Origin: Chloroflexota bacterium
GTDB taxonomy: Bacteria > Bacteroidota > Bacteroidia > Bacteroidales > VadinHA17
Direction: 5' to 3'
Assembly (NCBI GenBank): GCA_050259395.1
Contig: JBLNAO010000124.1
Span: 1 to 35,011, forward strand
Length of the DNA: 35,011 bases
In this document: piece by piece, positions 23,185 to 32,956 of the stretch
How positions within the stretch are numbered: the stretch's first letter is position 1
Layout of the letters: every line of letters begins with the position of its first letter
The notes under the pieces: model-generated
Databases searched by the model: none
The model's input: the letters and a program-made list of their open reading frames with translations, nothing else
Told to the model about the DNA's origin: nothing
Translations under genes and position numbers: made by a program

Positions 23185-26100
23185 ATGAAGGTCGAATTTC
23201 TGTTTGAAACCAGCTGGGAAGTCTGTAACAAGGTTGGTGGTATACATACTGTTATTTCAACCAAAGCTCTGAATATCATTGACGAGCTGAAGGATAATTA
23301 TGTGCTGATCGGCCCAGATGTATGGCGGGAAGATGTCAAAAATCCCGAGTTCATGCCGGATGATAACCTTTTTCCCGAATGGAGGACAAAGGCGCTCACT
23401 GAAGGACTGAGGGTTAAAACCGGAAGGTGGAACATTTCGGGACACCCAATCGTTATGCTTATCGATTTCACTCCTTATTTCGGTCAGCAGAACGATATTT
23501 TCGGCAAGTTCTGGGAAACATACAAGCTCGACAGCATAACGGGTCAATGGGATTACATAGAGCCGGCGCTTTTTGGCTATGCTGCCGGGAAGCTCATCGA
23601 GAGCTTTACCACTTTCTATCATGAACATCACAATATCATCGCACAGTTCCATGAATGGATGACGGGAACCGGCATTCTCTATCTTAAGAAATATGCGCCC
23701 TGGGTTGCAACTTCTTTCACCACTCATGCAACGGTGCTTGGCCGCTGTATTGCCGGAAACAACAGGCCCCTGTATGGCAAAATGGAAGGATATGTTCCTG
23801 CCCAGGTTGCACGTGAATTCAATGTTGTTGCAAAACAGTCTCTTGAAAAGCTCTCAGCCCTTGAAGCAGATGTATTTACCACTGTAAGTGAAATAACATC
23901 AAGGGAATGCAGCCATTTCCTGGGGAAGGAAGTTGATATTGTTACACCCAATGGTTTTGAAGACACCTTTGTACCGTCACCGGAAAGATTCGAGGAGGCC
24001 AGGCATACAGCAAGGGCGAAGCTTAAAAGCGTAGCTGAAGCTGTTCTTGGCTACGATGTGCCGGACGACAGCGTTTATGTCGTGACAAGCGGAAGATATG
24101 AGTTCAGAAACAAGGGAATAGATATCTTTATCAATTCCCTGGGAGAACTGCAGCAGGAAGGGAAGATAAAAAAAGATTGCATCGCATTCATCCTGGTGCC
24201 TGCATACCATAAAGGACCACGCCTGGATATAGTGGAAATCCTTAGCAACAAAGGATCTGTTAACTCAGGTGATAAATATCTTACACATAACCTCCACTAT
24301 CCTCTTACGGATCCTTCACTTCAGAAAATCGCCCTTAACAATCTTACAAACAGTAAAGAATCGAAGGTTAAGATCATCTTTGTACCTTCTTATCTGAACG
24401 GCAACGACGGTATTTTCAACATCCCGTACTTTGACCTGTTGATTGGGTTCGACCTTTCCATATTCCCTTCATATTACGAACCCTGGGGGTATACGCCACT
24501 CGAAAGCCTGATGTTTTCAATACCCACTATCACAACATCACTCTCAGGTTTTGGCTTATGGGTAAGGAATTATTTCGAGAACCCGGGAAGAGGTGTGGCT
24601 GTAGTTGAAAGAACCGACGACAACGAAGCCCAGGTAATAACAGAGATCAGGAATGTTGTCGCTGATTTCATCGGGTTAAATGACGATGAGGTGGCGGAAG
24701 CGAGGAAAAAGGCCCACGATGTGTCACGTATTGCCATGTGGGACACACTCGTTGACCATTACCTGAATGCATACGAGATTGCACTCGAACATACCGAAGA
24801 GCGAAGGGATGAACCAAGGGAATTCATGACACTCGTCGAAATGCCGGGCCTGACTTTCAGGAAACCTCACCAGGTGCCGGTCTGGAAAGATATTTACGTA
24901 CAGAGCGATGTTCCCGGGAAGCTGGCAAGGCTTAATGAACTTGCGGGTAACCTCTGGTGGGCCTGGAACTCAGAAGCCGAAGAGCTCTTTAAGAGCATGG
25001 ACCCGTCATTGTGGGACGAGGTGAAGCATAATCCGAAGCTGCTCCTGGAAAAAATTGATTATAAACGGCTGCTTGTTCTTGAAGACGATGAGGAATTTGT
25101 CACAGAACTCGAGAGGGTTTACGGACTTTTCAGGACTTACATGGATCGTCCCGGCAACAAAGAATTACCGTCTGTGGCTTATTTCAGCATGGAATTCGGT
25201 ATTCACCCCTGCCTGAAGATATATTCCGGGGGCCTTGGGATCCTGGCTGGGGACTACCTGAAGGAAGCAAGCGACTCTGACTTCAATATTACAGGAATCG
25301 GGCTGCTTTACAGGTATGGATATTTCACTCAAAAAATTGGCACCAAGGGGGAACAGCTCTCAGTTTATGAGCCGGAAGATTTCTCCAGATTACCAATACT
25401 GCCCGTAAAAGACAGTGAAGGAAATAACCTGATAATCAGTTTAATCTGGCCCGGACGGCCGGTGAAGGTCAGGGTATGGCAAGCACAGATTGGCAAGGTA
25501 AGGCTTGTGCTGCTTGACACTGATTGCGAAGACAACTCTCCTGAAGACAGAACCGTAACCCACTACCTTTACGGCGGTGATAATGAGAACAGGCTGAGGC
25601 AGGAGCTGGTGCTGGGAATAGGCGGAATCAGGGCGCTCGAAGCTATGGGGATCCATCCCGATGTCTTTCACAGCAACGAAGGCCATTCAGCATTCATCAG
25701 CCTTGAAAGGTTGCGTACGCTTATAAACGATTATCACCTTACATTCGAACAGGCACTCGAAGCAATCAGATCATCAACCCTTTTCACAACACATACTCCT
25801 GTTCCTGCCGGCCATGATGCCTTTGAAGAGGACCTTCTCAGGAAATATATGTCACATTACCACACGCGCCTGGCGATAAGCTGGAATGATCTTATGGCGC
25901 TTGGACAATGCGAGGGCGACAATGACCGCAAATTCAATATGAGCTACCTGGCGACAAGAATGTCGCAGGAGGTTAACGGCGTCAGCAAGCTTCACGGACA
26001 GGTGAGCCAGGGAATGTTCAATAAACTCTGGCCGGGATACCTGAAGGAAGAGCTTTTCATAGGTTATGTTACAAACGGTGTGCATCACCCGACATGGACA

Positions 26101-27408
26101 GCTCCCGAATGGCGGAATGTATACAGGGAACTTACCGGAGAACTCAATTTCGATCAGACAAACAGGGCACTCTGGGAAAAACTTTACACCCTTGACGATA
26201 AACGGATCTATGAAATCAAAAAGGAGCTGAAAAAGAATCTCTTCGCTAACATCCGGAAAAGGCTTCAGGCTGACATGATGGATAAACATGTCAGCCCGAG
26301 AACGCTCCTCAATATCAGCAGCCATCTCGAGGAGAAGGCTCTCACCATCGGGTTTGCACGTCGGTTCGCGACATATAAAAGGGCCTACCTGCTGTTCAGG
26401 GACATTGACCGGCTTTCGAGGATCGTAAACAACCCGGATAAGCCTGTTCAGTTCATCTATGCAGGAAAAGCACACCCGAACGATGGCGGCGGAAAGGACC
26501 TTATCAGGAGGATCTACGAGATCTCGCAGATGCCGCAATTCGCCGGGAAAGTCATCTTCCTTGAAAATTATGACATTGAGCTTGCAAAATACCTCACACG
26601 CGGCGTCGATATCTGGCTTAACACCCCCACAAGACCCCTCGAAGCTTCGGGAACCAGCGGTGAAAAGGCCGTGATGAACGGCACCATCCACTTCAGCGTC
26701 CTCGACGGATGGTGGGTGGAAGGTTACAGGGCATTCGCAGGATGGGCATTACCCAAGAAAAGAACTTTTGAGAACCAGGACCTGCAGGATGATATCGATT
26801 CCGAAACGATCTATAATATGCTTGAATATGAGATCATTCCTGCATATTATTCTTTTGACCAGGCAGGCGTTCCGGTTGAATGGATCAGCCATGTGAAGAA
26901 CACGATGGTAAAGATTGCCCCTGAGTTCACAATGAAAAGGCAGATCGACGATTATTTCGAGAAATATTACATTAAGCTCAGCCAAAGGCATAAATACCTT
27001 GTGGAAAACGATTTTGACAAGGCGAAAGAGCTTGCCGCCTGGAAGCATACAATGCGTGAGAACTGGGATAACATCGACGTCATCAAGTATAGTTTCGAGA
27101 AGGCTAACGACAATGTTTACAGGTCAGGTCACGATTACAGGGCAGAAATAGCGTTGGATATTAAAAACATACCCAAAGAAAATGTCGGTGTGGAATTCCT
27201 TATCACACGGCTGAACAAAAAAGGGGAACATGAATTTGTAGACAGCGAAGATTTCAGGATGATCAGCAGCAAGAACGGCAGGTGCCTGTACAGGGCACGG
27301 CTTGTTCCTGAAAAGGCCGGGTCTTTCTACTATGGCATTCGGATCTATCCCAAGCATAAGGACCTGCCTCACAAGCAGGATTTCTACCTGCTGAGGTGGA
27401 TTGATTAA
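23185..27408 (+). CDS. Fusion protein: GT3 (eukaryote-type) glycogen synthase module joined to a GT35 alpha-glucan phosphorylase module
   Basis: Residues 1-~535 contain FETSWEVCNKVGGIHTVISTKA, HEWMTG and PSYYEPWGYTPLES, the animal/fungal glycogen synthase pattern. A linker covers ~536-565. Residues ~566-1407 contain LNELAGNLWWAWN, AYFSMEFGIHPCLKIYSGGLGILAGDYLKEASD, NGVSKLHG and EASGTSGEKAVMNG, with the PLP Lys codon at 26665-26667. The whole gene is one uninterrupted 4224-nt frame. Confidence 0.9.
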   Translation: MKVEFLFETSWEVCNKVGGIHTVISTKALNIIDELKDNYVLIGPDVWREDVKNPEFMPDDNLFPEWRTKALTEGLRVKTGRWNISGHPIVMLIDFTPYFGQQNDIFGKFWETYKLDSITGQWDYIEPALFGYAAGKLIESFTTFYHEHHNIIAQFHEWMTGTGILYLKKYAPWVATSFTTHATVLGRCIAGNNRPLYGKMEGYVPAQVAREFNVVAKQSLEKLSALEADVFTTVSEITSRECSHFLGKEVDIVTPNGFEDTFVPSPERFEEARHTARAKLKSVAEAVLGYDVPDDSVYVVTSGRYEFRNKGIDIFINSLGELQQEGKIKKDCIAFILVPAYHKGPRLDIVEILSNKGSVNSGDKYLTHNLHYPLTDPSLQKIALNNLTNSKESKVKIIFVPSYLNGNDGIFNIPYFDLLIGFDLSIFPSYYEPWGYTPLESLMFSIPTITTSLSGFGLWVRNYFENPGRGVAVVERTDDNEAQVITEIRNVVADFIGLNDDEVAEARKKAHDVSRIAMWDTLVDHYLNAYEIALEHTEERRDEPREFMTLVEMPGLTFRKPHQVPVWKDIYVQSDVPGKLARLNELAGNLWWAWNSEAEELFKSMDPSLWDEVKHNPKLLLEKIDYKRLLVLEDDEEFVTELERVYGLFRTYMDRPGNKELPSVAYFSMEFGIHPCLKIYSGGLGILAGDYLKEASDSDFNITGIGLLYRYGYFTQKIGTKGEQLSVYEPEDFSRLPILPVKDSEGNNLIISLIWPGRPVKVRVWQAQIGKVRLVLLDTDCEDNSPEDRTVTHYLYGGDNENRLRQELVLGIGGIRALEAMGIHPDVFHSNEGHSAFISLERLRTLINDYHLTFEQALEAIRSSTLFTTHTPVPAGHDAFEEDLLRKYMSHYHTRLAISWNDLMALGQCEGDNDRKFNMSYLATRMSQEVNGVSKLHGQVSQGMFNKLWPGYLKEELFIGYVTNGVHHPTWTAPEWRNVYRELTGELNFDQTNRALWEKLYTLDDKRIYEIKKELKKNLFANIRKRLQADMMDKHVSPRTLLNISSHLEEKALTIGFARRFATYKRAYLLFRDIDRLSRIVNNPDKPVQFIYAGKAHPNDGGGKDLIRRIYEISQMPQFAGKVIFLENYDIELAKYLTRGVDIWLNTPTRPLEASGTSGEKAVMNGTIHFSVLDGWWVEGYRAFAGWALPKKRTFENQDLQDDIDSETIYNMLEYEIIPAYYSFDQAGVPVEWISHVKNTMVKIAPEFTMKRQIDDYFEKYYIKLSQRHKYLVENDFDKAKELAAWKHTMRENWDNIDVIKYSFEKANDNVYRSGHDYRAEIALDIKNIPKENVGVEFLITRLNKKGEHEFVDSEDFRMISSKNGRCLYRARLVPEKAGSFYYGIRIYPKHKDLPHKQDFYLLRWID

Positions 27409-27424
27409 AGAGAATAAATTCCCT

Positions 27425-29452
27425 TTAAATATCTGTCGCTCTTCTTACGGGTTCTCTCTTAAATACGATGGCTGTGCGTGATGGCAGGTACAGGTAGAGG
27501 TACAGGGGTGCACTGATGATATTCCTCTCTGCCTTTTTGATTGAAAGGTATATCCTGTTCCGGTCTATCCTGTCGAAGCCCCCGAAATCCGGGTTGTCGG
27601 TGTCTAGCACAACCCTGAACCTGCCTTGCACCGGTATGCCGTAATCTGTGAATGAGGTGACAGGGTTAAAGTTGAAGACAAACAAGAGATCTCCCCTGGT
27701 GAATGCTATTATCTTATCGGAATTGTTTTCGAAGATCCTGTCGATCCACGGATTATCGAGGAGCCTGAATCGCTGTTGAATGCCCACCATGGCACGATCG
27801 AATTGTCCAAGGTAATAATATTTTAACTCTTTGTCATCCGCCAAGTGCCATTGCCTGCGTGCATATTTGAAGCTCCAGTTGTTGCCTTCCCTTGGGAAAT
27901 CTATCCATTCCGGGTGGCCGAATTCATTTCCCATGAAGGTAAGGTACCCTCCGCCTGCAGTTCCGAATGTTATCAACCTGATCAACTTGTGAAGAGCAAT
28001 TCCCCTGTCGATGCTGAAAGTGTGGGTATACTTCTGCATTCCCGAGTACATCTCTGCATCTAGCATTCTGAAAATGAGGGTTTTATCACCAACAAGCGCC
28101 TGGTCGTGAGATTCGCAGTAAGAGATTATCTTTTCTTCAGGCCTGTGTTGTGAGAGCTCATACATGAGCTTGCCCATGTCCCAGTTCTCGTCGGGAGTGT
28201 CCTTCACCAGCTTGATCCAGTAATCGGGCACGCCCATAGACAATCTGAAGTCGAATCCGAAACCCTTCTTCTCTGCAGGGGTTGCCAGCCCCGGCATCCC
28301 GCTCATCTCTTCCGCAATTGTTATGGCCCCCGGCTTAAACTCATGTATTACCCTGTTAGCCAGCCACAGATAGGTGAGGGCATCCTGGTCCTGGTTGCCA
28401 TCGAAGTATTCCGAATAATTGGTAAAATTCTTTTCCAGTCCGTGATCGTAATAGATCATGCTCGTGACCCCGTCGAAACGGAAGCCGTCGAACTTGTATT
28501 CCTCCAGCCAGAACCTGCAGTTCGAAAGCAGGAAATGGATTACATTGTCTTTCCCGTAATCGAAGCAGAGAGAATCCCATGCTCTGTGGTATCTCCTCGG
28601 CCCGGCATGGAAATATTGTCCGGGTGATCCGTCAAAAAGGCCGAGTCCTTCGTTTACATTCTTCACAGAATGCGAATGAACAAGGTCCATGATCACTCTT
28701 ATCCCGGCCACATGCGCCCTGTCTATCAGCTCTTTAAGTTCTTCGGGAGTTCCGAACCTTGAAGATGCAGCAAAGAAGTTCGAGACGTGATAGCCAAATG
28801 ATCCGTAAAAAGGATGCTCTTGTATGGCCATCAGCTGTATGGTGTTGTATCCTGATTCAATGATCCTCGGTAGTATCTTGTCTGTGAATTCCCTGTAAGT
28901 GCCGGTGCTCCATTCTTCTGTGGCCATCCCGACGTGCGCCTCGTAAATGACGGGGGAGATCCCTTCCGGTGTGAAATTTTCCACATTCCAGTTGTATTTT
29001 TCCTGCGGATCCCATACCTGTGCCGAGAAGATCTTTGTAGATTCATCCTGCACAACCCGGTTGGCATAAGCAGGGATACGTTCACCCTTACCCCCGGGCC
29101 AGTGTACCGACAACTTGTACAGTTCACCATGCCACAATGCCTCGTATGGGAGATGAATTTCCCAGTCGCCATTGTTATTTACCCTGCTGAGGAGATATTT
29201 TTCCTGGTCGCGCCATTGAGTGAAATTACCTGTAAGATATATCCTTGACGCATTCGGAGCCCAATCCCTGAAAACCCAGCCTTCATAGGTCCGGTGCAGG
29301 CCGTAATAATGATGCCCCATTGCAAAACCTGACAAAGTACCGTTTCCCGTAAGTTGTCTTTCTTTCGCAATGCACTTTTCTATCCTGGCATCAATAGCAT
29401 TCCTGAAGGGATCCAGCCATGGATCGGCATTATAAAATGCAGCAGAATTCAT
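27425..29452 (-). CDS. glgB: 1,4-alpha-glucan branching enzyme, GH13 eukaryote-like type
   Basis: DPWLDPF...YEGWVFRDWAPNA at the N-terminus. GH13 regions are VIMDLVHSH, GFRFDGVTSM, TIAEEMSGMP and YCESHDQALVGD. Confidence 0.9.
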   Translation of the reverse strand: MNSAAFYNADPWLDPFRNAIDARIEKCIAKERQLTGNGTLSGFAMGHHYYGLHRTYEGWVFRDWAPNASRIYLTGNFTQWRDQEKYLLSRVNNNGDWEIHLPYEALWHGELYKLSVHWPGGKGERIPAYANRVVQDESTKIFSAQVWDPQEKYNWNVENFTPEGISPVIYEAHVGMATEEWSTGTYREFTDKILPRIIESGYNTIQLMAIQEHPFYGSFGYHVSNFFAASSRFGTPEELKELIDRAHVAGIRVIMDLVHSHSVKNVNEGLGLFDGSPGQYFHAGPRRYHRAWDSLCFDYGKDNVIHFLLSNCRFWLEEYKFDGFRFDGVTSMIYYDHGLEKNFTNYSEYFDGNQDQDALTYLWLANRVIHEFKPGAITIAEEMSGMPGLATPAEKKGFGFDFRLSMGVPDYWIKLVKDTPDENWDMGKLMYELSQHRPEEKIISYCESHDQALVGDKTLIFRMLDAEMYSGMQKYTHTFSIDRGIALHKLIRLITFGTAGGGYLTFMGNEFGHPEWIDFPREGNNWSFKYARRQWHLADDKELKYYYLGQFDRAMVGIQQRFRLLDNPWIDRIFENNSDKIIAFTRGDLLFVFNFNPVTSFTDYGIPVQGRFRVVLDTDNPDFGGFDRIDRNRIYLSIKKAERNIISAPLYLYLYLPSRTAIVFKREPVRRATDI

Positions 29453-29519
29453 TGGAAAATAATAATATATAAAAATACAAAAACTAATTCATTATCGGGT
29501 CTGTTTTCACAGGCTTTGC

Positions 29520-29527
29520 TAATTTTG
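29520..29527 (+). promoter_or_regulatory. Bacteroidota-type -7 box TAATTTTG upstream of ribF
   Basis: Matches TAnnTTTG, with 18 nt between the box and ATG 29546. It is a motif match only. Confidence 0.3.
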
Positions 29528-29545
29528 CAGGCATAAAACCGGCAC

Positions 29546-30472
29546 ATGGTAATTCACAGAGGATACGAAGGTTTTCATCCGCTTAAACCTGTTGTCACTG
29601 TCGGAGTTTTCGATGGTGTCCACAGGGGTCATAAAGCCTTGCTCGAAACACTTGTTTTAAAAGCGAAAGAGACCGGAGGAGAATCTGTAGTAATAACATT
29701 TTCATCACATCCGCGAAAAGTTCTGGGCAAAGAGTCAGGCCGACTTTCGCTTCTCACCACCGCTTCGGAAAAGAAAGCTCTCCTGGAGCAGATGCAAATC
29801 GACCATATTGTCATTCTCGACTTCAATATTGAATTCAGCCGTACAGGTGCATGCGACTTTGTACGAAATGTGATCGTAAAAAAGATCGGGGCCGGGCTGA
29901 TGATCTTTGGATACGATCACAGGATAGGCCGCGAAGGGGAGGGCGATTACAACACAATCAGGCAGTGCAGCGGCATCTCAGGGCTCATTGTGGAACAGGC
30001 AAAAGGAGTTTTTTCAGGTGAAGTAGCCATCAGCTCCTCGGCAATTCGTGAGGCACTTTTGCTCGGAAATCTCGATGTTGCAAATGAGTTGCTTGGTTAT
30101 CCTTATCAGCTCGGCGGAACTGTCGTCCCCGGGAGGAAGATCGGAAGATCGTTCGGTTTTCCCACTGCAAATATAAGACCGGACAGTCAGAAGCTTATAC
30201 CGGCAAAAGGTGTTTATGCTGTTGAGGTGCTGTTGGAGGAGAAGGTTCATATTGGAATGCTCAGCATAGGAACAAACCCCACTGTAAATGCTAATTCCAC
30301 CCTCAGAAGCATCGAAGTTCACATTCTTGACTTTAATGAGAATATCTACGGAAGAAAAATTGCCGTAAAGTTCAGGAAGAGGTTGAGGGATGAGAGGAAA
30401 TTCCCTGATACAGATGCTCTTGCAAAGCAGATGCTAACTGACAGGCAGCAAACAATTCAGGTGTTAAGTTAA
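29546..30472 (+). CDS. ribF: Bifunctional riboflavin kinase / FMN adenylyltransferase
   Basis: VTVGVFDGVHRGH and SSHPR in the adenylyltransferase half. GRKIGRSFGFPTANI and VHILDFNENIYG in the riboflavin kinase half. Confidence 0.92.
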   Translation: MVIHRGYEGFHPLKPVVTVGVFDGVHRGHKALLETLVLKAKETGGESVVITFSSHPRKVLGKESGRLSLLTTASEKKALLEQMQIDHIVILDFNIEFSRTGACDFVRNVIVKKIGAGLMIFGYDHRIGREGEGDYNTIRQCSGISGLIVEQAKGVFSGEVAISSSAIREALLLGNLDVANELLGYPYQLGGTVVPGRKIGRSFGFPTANIRPDSQKLIPAKGVYAVEVLLEEKVHIGMLSIGTNPTVNANSTLRSIEVHILDFNENIYGRKIAVKFRKRLRDERKFPDTDALAKQMLTDRQQTIQVLS

Positions 30473-30477
30473 ATTCT

Positions 30478-30485
30478 TATATTTG
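30478..30485 (+). promoter_or_regulatory. Bacteroidota-type -7 box TATATTTG upstream of ahcY
   Basis: Matches TAnnTTTG, with 20 nt between the box and ATG 30506. Confidence 0.35.
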
Positions 30486-30505
30486 CAGACTTAAAAAGAA
30501 AAAGA

Positions 30506-31921
30506 ATGAATATCAACGCTGAAACCATGCAGTACAAAGTTAAGGACATCACCCTTGCCGACTTCGGCAGAAAGGAAATCGAGATTGCTGAAAAGGAAAT
30601 GCCCGGGCTTCTCGCCATCAGGAGAAAATATTCGGCAACCAAACCCCTTAAGGGAGCAAGGGTTACCGGATCGCTTCATATGACAATCCAGACTGCTGTG
30701 CTGATCGAGACACTCAAAGAACTGGGGGCTGACGTTCGCTGGGCAAGCTGCAATATTTTCTCGACACAGGATCATGCTGCTGCTGCAATAGCCGCTGCAG
30801 GCATACCGGTCTTTGCCTGGAAAGGGGAGACTCTCGAAGAATACTGGTGGTGCACAGCTCAGGCTCTTTCATTTCCAGGTGGGAAAGGTCCCAACCTTAT
30901 CGTTGACGATGGCGGAGACGCTTCACTGCTGGTTCATCTTGGTTTCAGGGCTGAGAAGGATGCCTCGATCCTTAACAAGAAGGCCTCAAGCAGGGAGGAA
31001 CAGATTATATATGACACTCTTAAGCAGCTTCTGGTTGAAGAACCCGGAAAATGGACACGTGCAGTAAAGGATCTTAAGGGTATTTCAGAAGAGACAACCA
31101 CGGGTGTTCACAGGCTTTACCAGATGATGGAGAATGGCGAGCTGCTGGTTCCGGCAATAAATGTGAATGACTCTGTTACAAAGTCGAAGTTCGACAACCT
31201 GTATGGCTGCCGTGAATCCCTTGCTGATGGTATCAAAAGGGCAACTGACGTCATGCTGGCAGGCAAGGTGGTTGTAGTCTGCGGTTACGGCGATGTGGGA
31301 AAAGGTTGTGCAAAATCGATGAAGTCTTATGGTGCAAGAGTCATTATAACCGAAATAGATCCAATTTGCGCATTGCAGGCTGCAATGGAAGGCTTCGAAG
31401 TGAAAACAGTTGAGGATGCTCTCGGAGAAGGAAATATCTTCGTAACAGCAACAGGCAACAAGGATATCATCTCCCTCGAGCACATGAAGAAGATGAAAGA
31501 CCAGTCTATCGTCTGCAATATCGGTCACTTCGACAATGAGATACAGATGGACAGCCTGAATGAGATGCCCGGTATCAAGCTGATAAACATCAAACCTCAG
31601 GTTGATAAATACCAATTCCCTGACGGACATTCGATCTTCATCCTTGCCGAAGGACGCCTTGTCAATCTTGGCTGTGCAACAGGCCATCCTTCATTTGTGA
31701 TGAGCAACTCGTTCAGCAACCAGACACTGGCGCAGATCGATCTCTGGACGAAAAAATATGAAATTGGCGTTTACAGGCTTCCGAAATATCTCGATGAAGA
31801 GGTTGCAAGGCTGCACCTCGAACAACTTGGTGTGAAACTTACCAAACTCACGAAATCCCAGGCTGATTATATAGGTGTTTCTGATGCAGGTCCGTATAAA
31901 CCTGAACACTATAGGTACTAA
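30506..31921 (+). CDS. ahcY: Adenosylhomocysteinase
   Basis: [44 protein letters not shown], the NAD site [19 protein letters not shown] and [18 protein letters not shown]. Confidence 0.95.
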   Translation: MNINAETMQYKVKDITLADFGRKEIEIAEKEMPGLLAIRRKYSATKPLKGARVTGSLHMTIQTAVLIETLKELGADVRWASCNIFSTQDHAAAAIAAAGIPVFAWKGETLEEYWWCTAQALSFPGGKGPNLIVDDGGDASLLVHLGFRAEKDASILNKKASSREEQIIYDTLKQLLVEEPGKWTRAVKDLKGISEETTTGVHRLYQMMENGELLVPAINVNDSVTKSKFDNLYGCRESLADGIKRATDVMLAGKVVVVCGYGDVGKGCAKSMKSYGARVIITEIDPICALQAAMEGFEVKTVEDALGEGNIFVTATGNKDIISLEHMKKMKDQSIVCNIGHFDNEIQMDSLNEMPGIKLINIKPQVDKYQFPDGHSIFILAEGRLVNLGCATGHPSFVMSNSFSNQTLAQIDLWTKKYEIGVYRLPKYLDEEVARLHLEQLGVKLTKLTKSQADYIGVSDAGPYKPEHYRY

Positions 31922-32391
31922 TTATTCCAAACCCTTACATATCTTCCGTCGAAATTCGTCCGGTAATTTTTAAGCGGGTACCGGCTGATTCCCGATGCGG
32001 GCGTGCCATATGAAATAAGTTCAAAAGTGCTTTTGCATTTCGGGCATATGGCTTTTGCGAAACCTGTAGGATCGATCTCAATTCTCACAACAGAGCCATC
32101 GAGCATATAATCGTGCGGACAGGTACGGTCGTAAGCAAAGAATTCATCCACCCCCCGTGATACGATTATCCCGCTGGCTGCGTAGCCTGAAGCATACCGG
32201 TCATTGTTGGTCGATGAATTCACAAGCACGCTTCCTCCGATCGCATTGAGATCGATAAATCGGGCATCGGTAATGTCGATATAAAAGTCCACTGTGACAT
32301 CAGGTATGACATCGTTTTTCTTATTGCACGATGCAGATGCAAGGAGCGTCATGCACAGAATGAAAAAAAGCCTTATTTTTGGTGAAGTCAT
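31918..32391 (-). CDS. Lipoprotein with a Rieske-fold-like domain carrying CPH...CPKC
   Basis: The ORF opens at TTG 32406, and the first ATG at 32391 gives [22 protein letters not shown] (lipobox). The domain pattern IGGSVLV...GIIVSR...[11 protein letters not shown]...[12 protein letters not shown]...G...PLKNY...YVRVWN resembles a Rieske beta-fold, but the second motif is CxxC rather than CxxH. Confidence 0.55.
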   Translation of the reverse strand: MTSPKIRLFFILCMTLLASASCNKKNDVIPDVTVDFYIDITDARFIDLNAIGGSVLVNSSTNNDRYASGYAASGIIVSRGVDEFFAYDRTCPHDYMLDGSVVRIEIDPTGFAKAICPKCKSTFELISYGTPASGISRYPLKNYRTNFDGRYVRVWNN

Positions 32392-32476
32392 TACGTTCAG
32401 GAACAAATAATTGCAAAATTAATAATACGGGCTTATTAAAACGTCGTGCCGTCAATAATTATTGTAAAATCTGAAA

Positions 32477-32848
32477 ATGAAGAAATTACATATCGCAAAG
32501 ACAACAATTTTTATAATATTGATTTCATTCCTGTCAGTCTCATGCAGTTCATATGCTGCCAGATCCGCTTCGAGGAAGGCATCAAAGCAGATGGCCGGAT
32601 CAGGAAGGGCTTTCAGGGACTCGCGAAAGATACGGATGGCTAAAAAGCAGCAGGAAAAACGACAGGCCAGGATAAAGAAGGACTATTATAAGTTTGTCAG
32701 CGATTCCAGGAAACGCACCTATGAGATCCAGTCACCCGATGTGAAGGAAAGAATGAAAAGGAACGAAGCAAACATAACCGCAAGGGAAAAGGCTAAGGAT
32801 AAAAGAATAAAAAGTGATTCGAAGAACAGGGCACGGAAGTACAGATAA
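32477..32848 (+). CDS. Small, extremely basic (K/R-rich) putative lipoprotein, function unknown
   Basis: Signal and lipobox MKKLHIAKTTIFIILISFLSVSC. The mature part is dominated by K, R, E and S (RKASKQ..KKQQEKRQARIKKDYYKF..KDKRIKSDSKNRARKYR). No family was recognised. Confidence 0.5.
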   Translation: MKKLHIAKTTIFIILISFLSVSCSSYAARSASRKASKQMAGSGRAFRDSRKIRMAKKQQEKRQARIKKDYYKFVSDSRKRTYEIQSPDVKERMKRNEANITAREKAKDKRIKSDSKNRARKYR

Positions 32849-32941
32849 ACCCGCTTTTTATGCCATATATCTGATTAACAGATAAAAATTCCATCCTGAA
32901 TCTTTTTTAATTAAATTTTTTGTAATTTTGTATTAATAATA

Positions 32942-32949
32942 TATTTTTG
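32942..32949 (+). promoter_or_regulatory. Bacteroidota-type -7 box TATTTTTG (a second candidate, TAATTTTG, is at 32923-32930)
   Basis: Both match TAnnTTTG. A start site a few nt downstream of 32949 would place the terminator hairpin at the very 5' end of the greA transcript. Confidence 0.3.
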
Positions 32950-32956
32950 ATTCACT

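Noticed and set aside
25852-26691. A 279-aa ORF on the minus strand inside the phosphorylase module.
   Set aside because: It lies entirely antisense to a strongly supported coding frame. The translated sequence is low-complexity-free but motif-less and rich in R, P and C. This is typical of a shadow ORF.
29453-29545. A possible FMN riboswitch ahead of ribF, or an SAH/SAM riboswitch ahead of ahcY (30473-30505).
   Set aside because: The intergenic regions are 93 and 33 nt, AT-rich and without the conserved helices. They are too short for these aptamers.
31085-31687. A 200-aa minus-strand ORF inside ahcY.
   Set aside because: It is antisense to one of the most conserved genes in the window and has no recognisable motifs. 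It is a shadow ORF.
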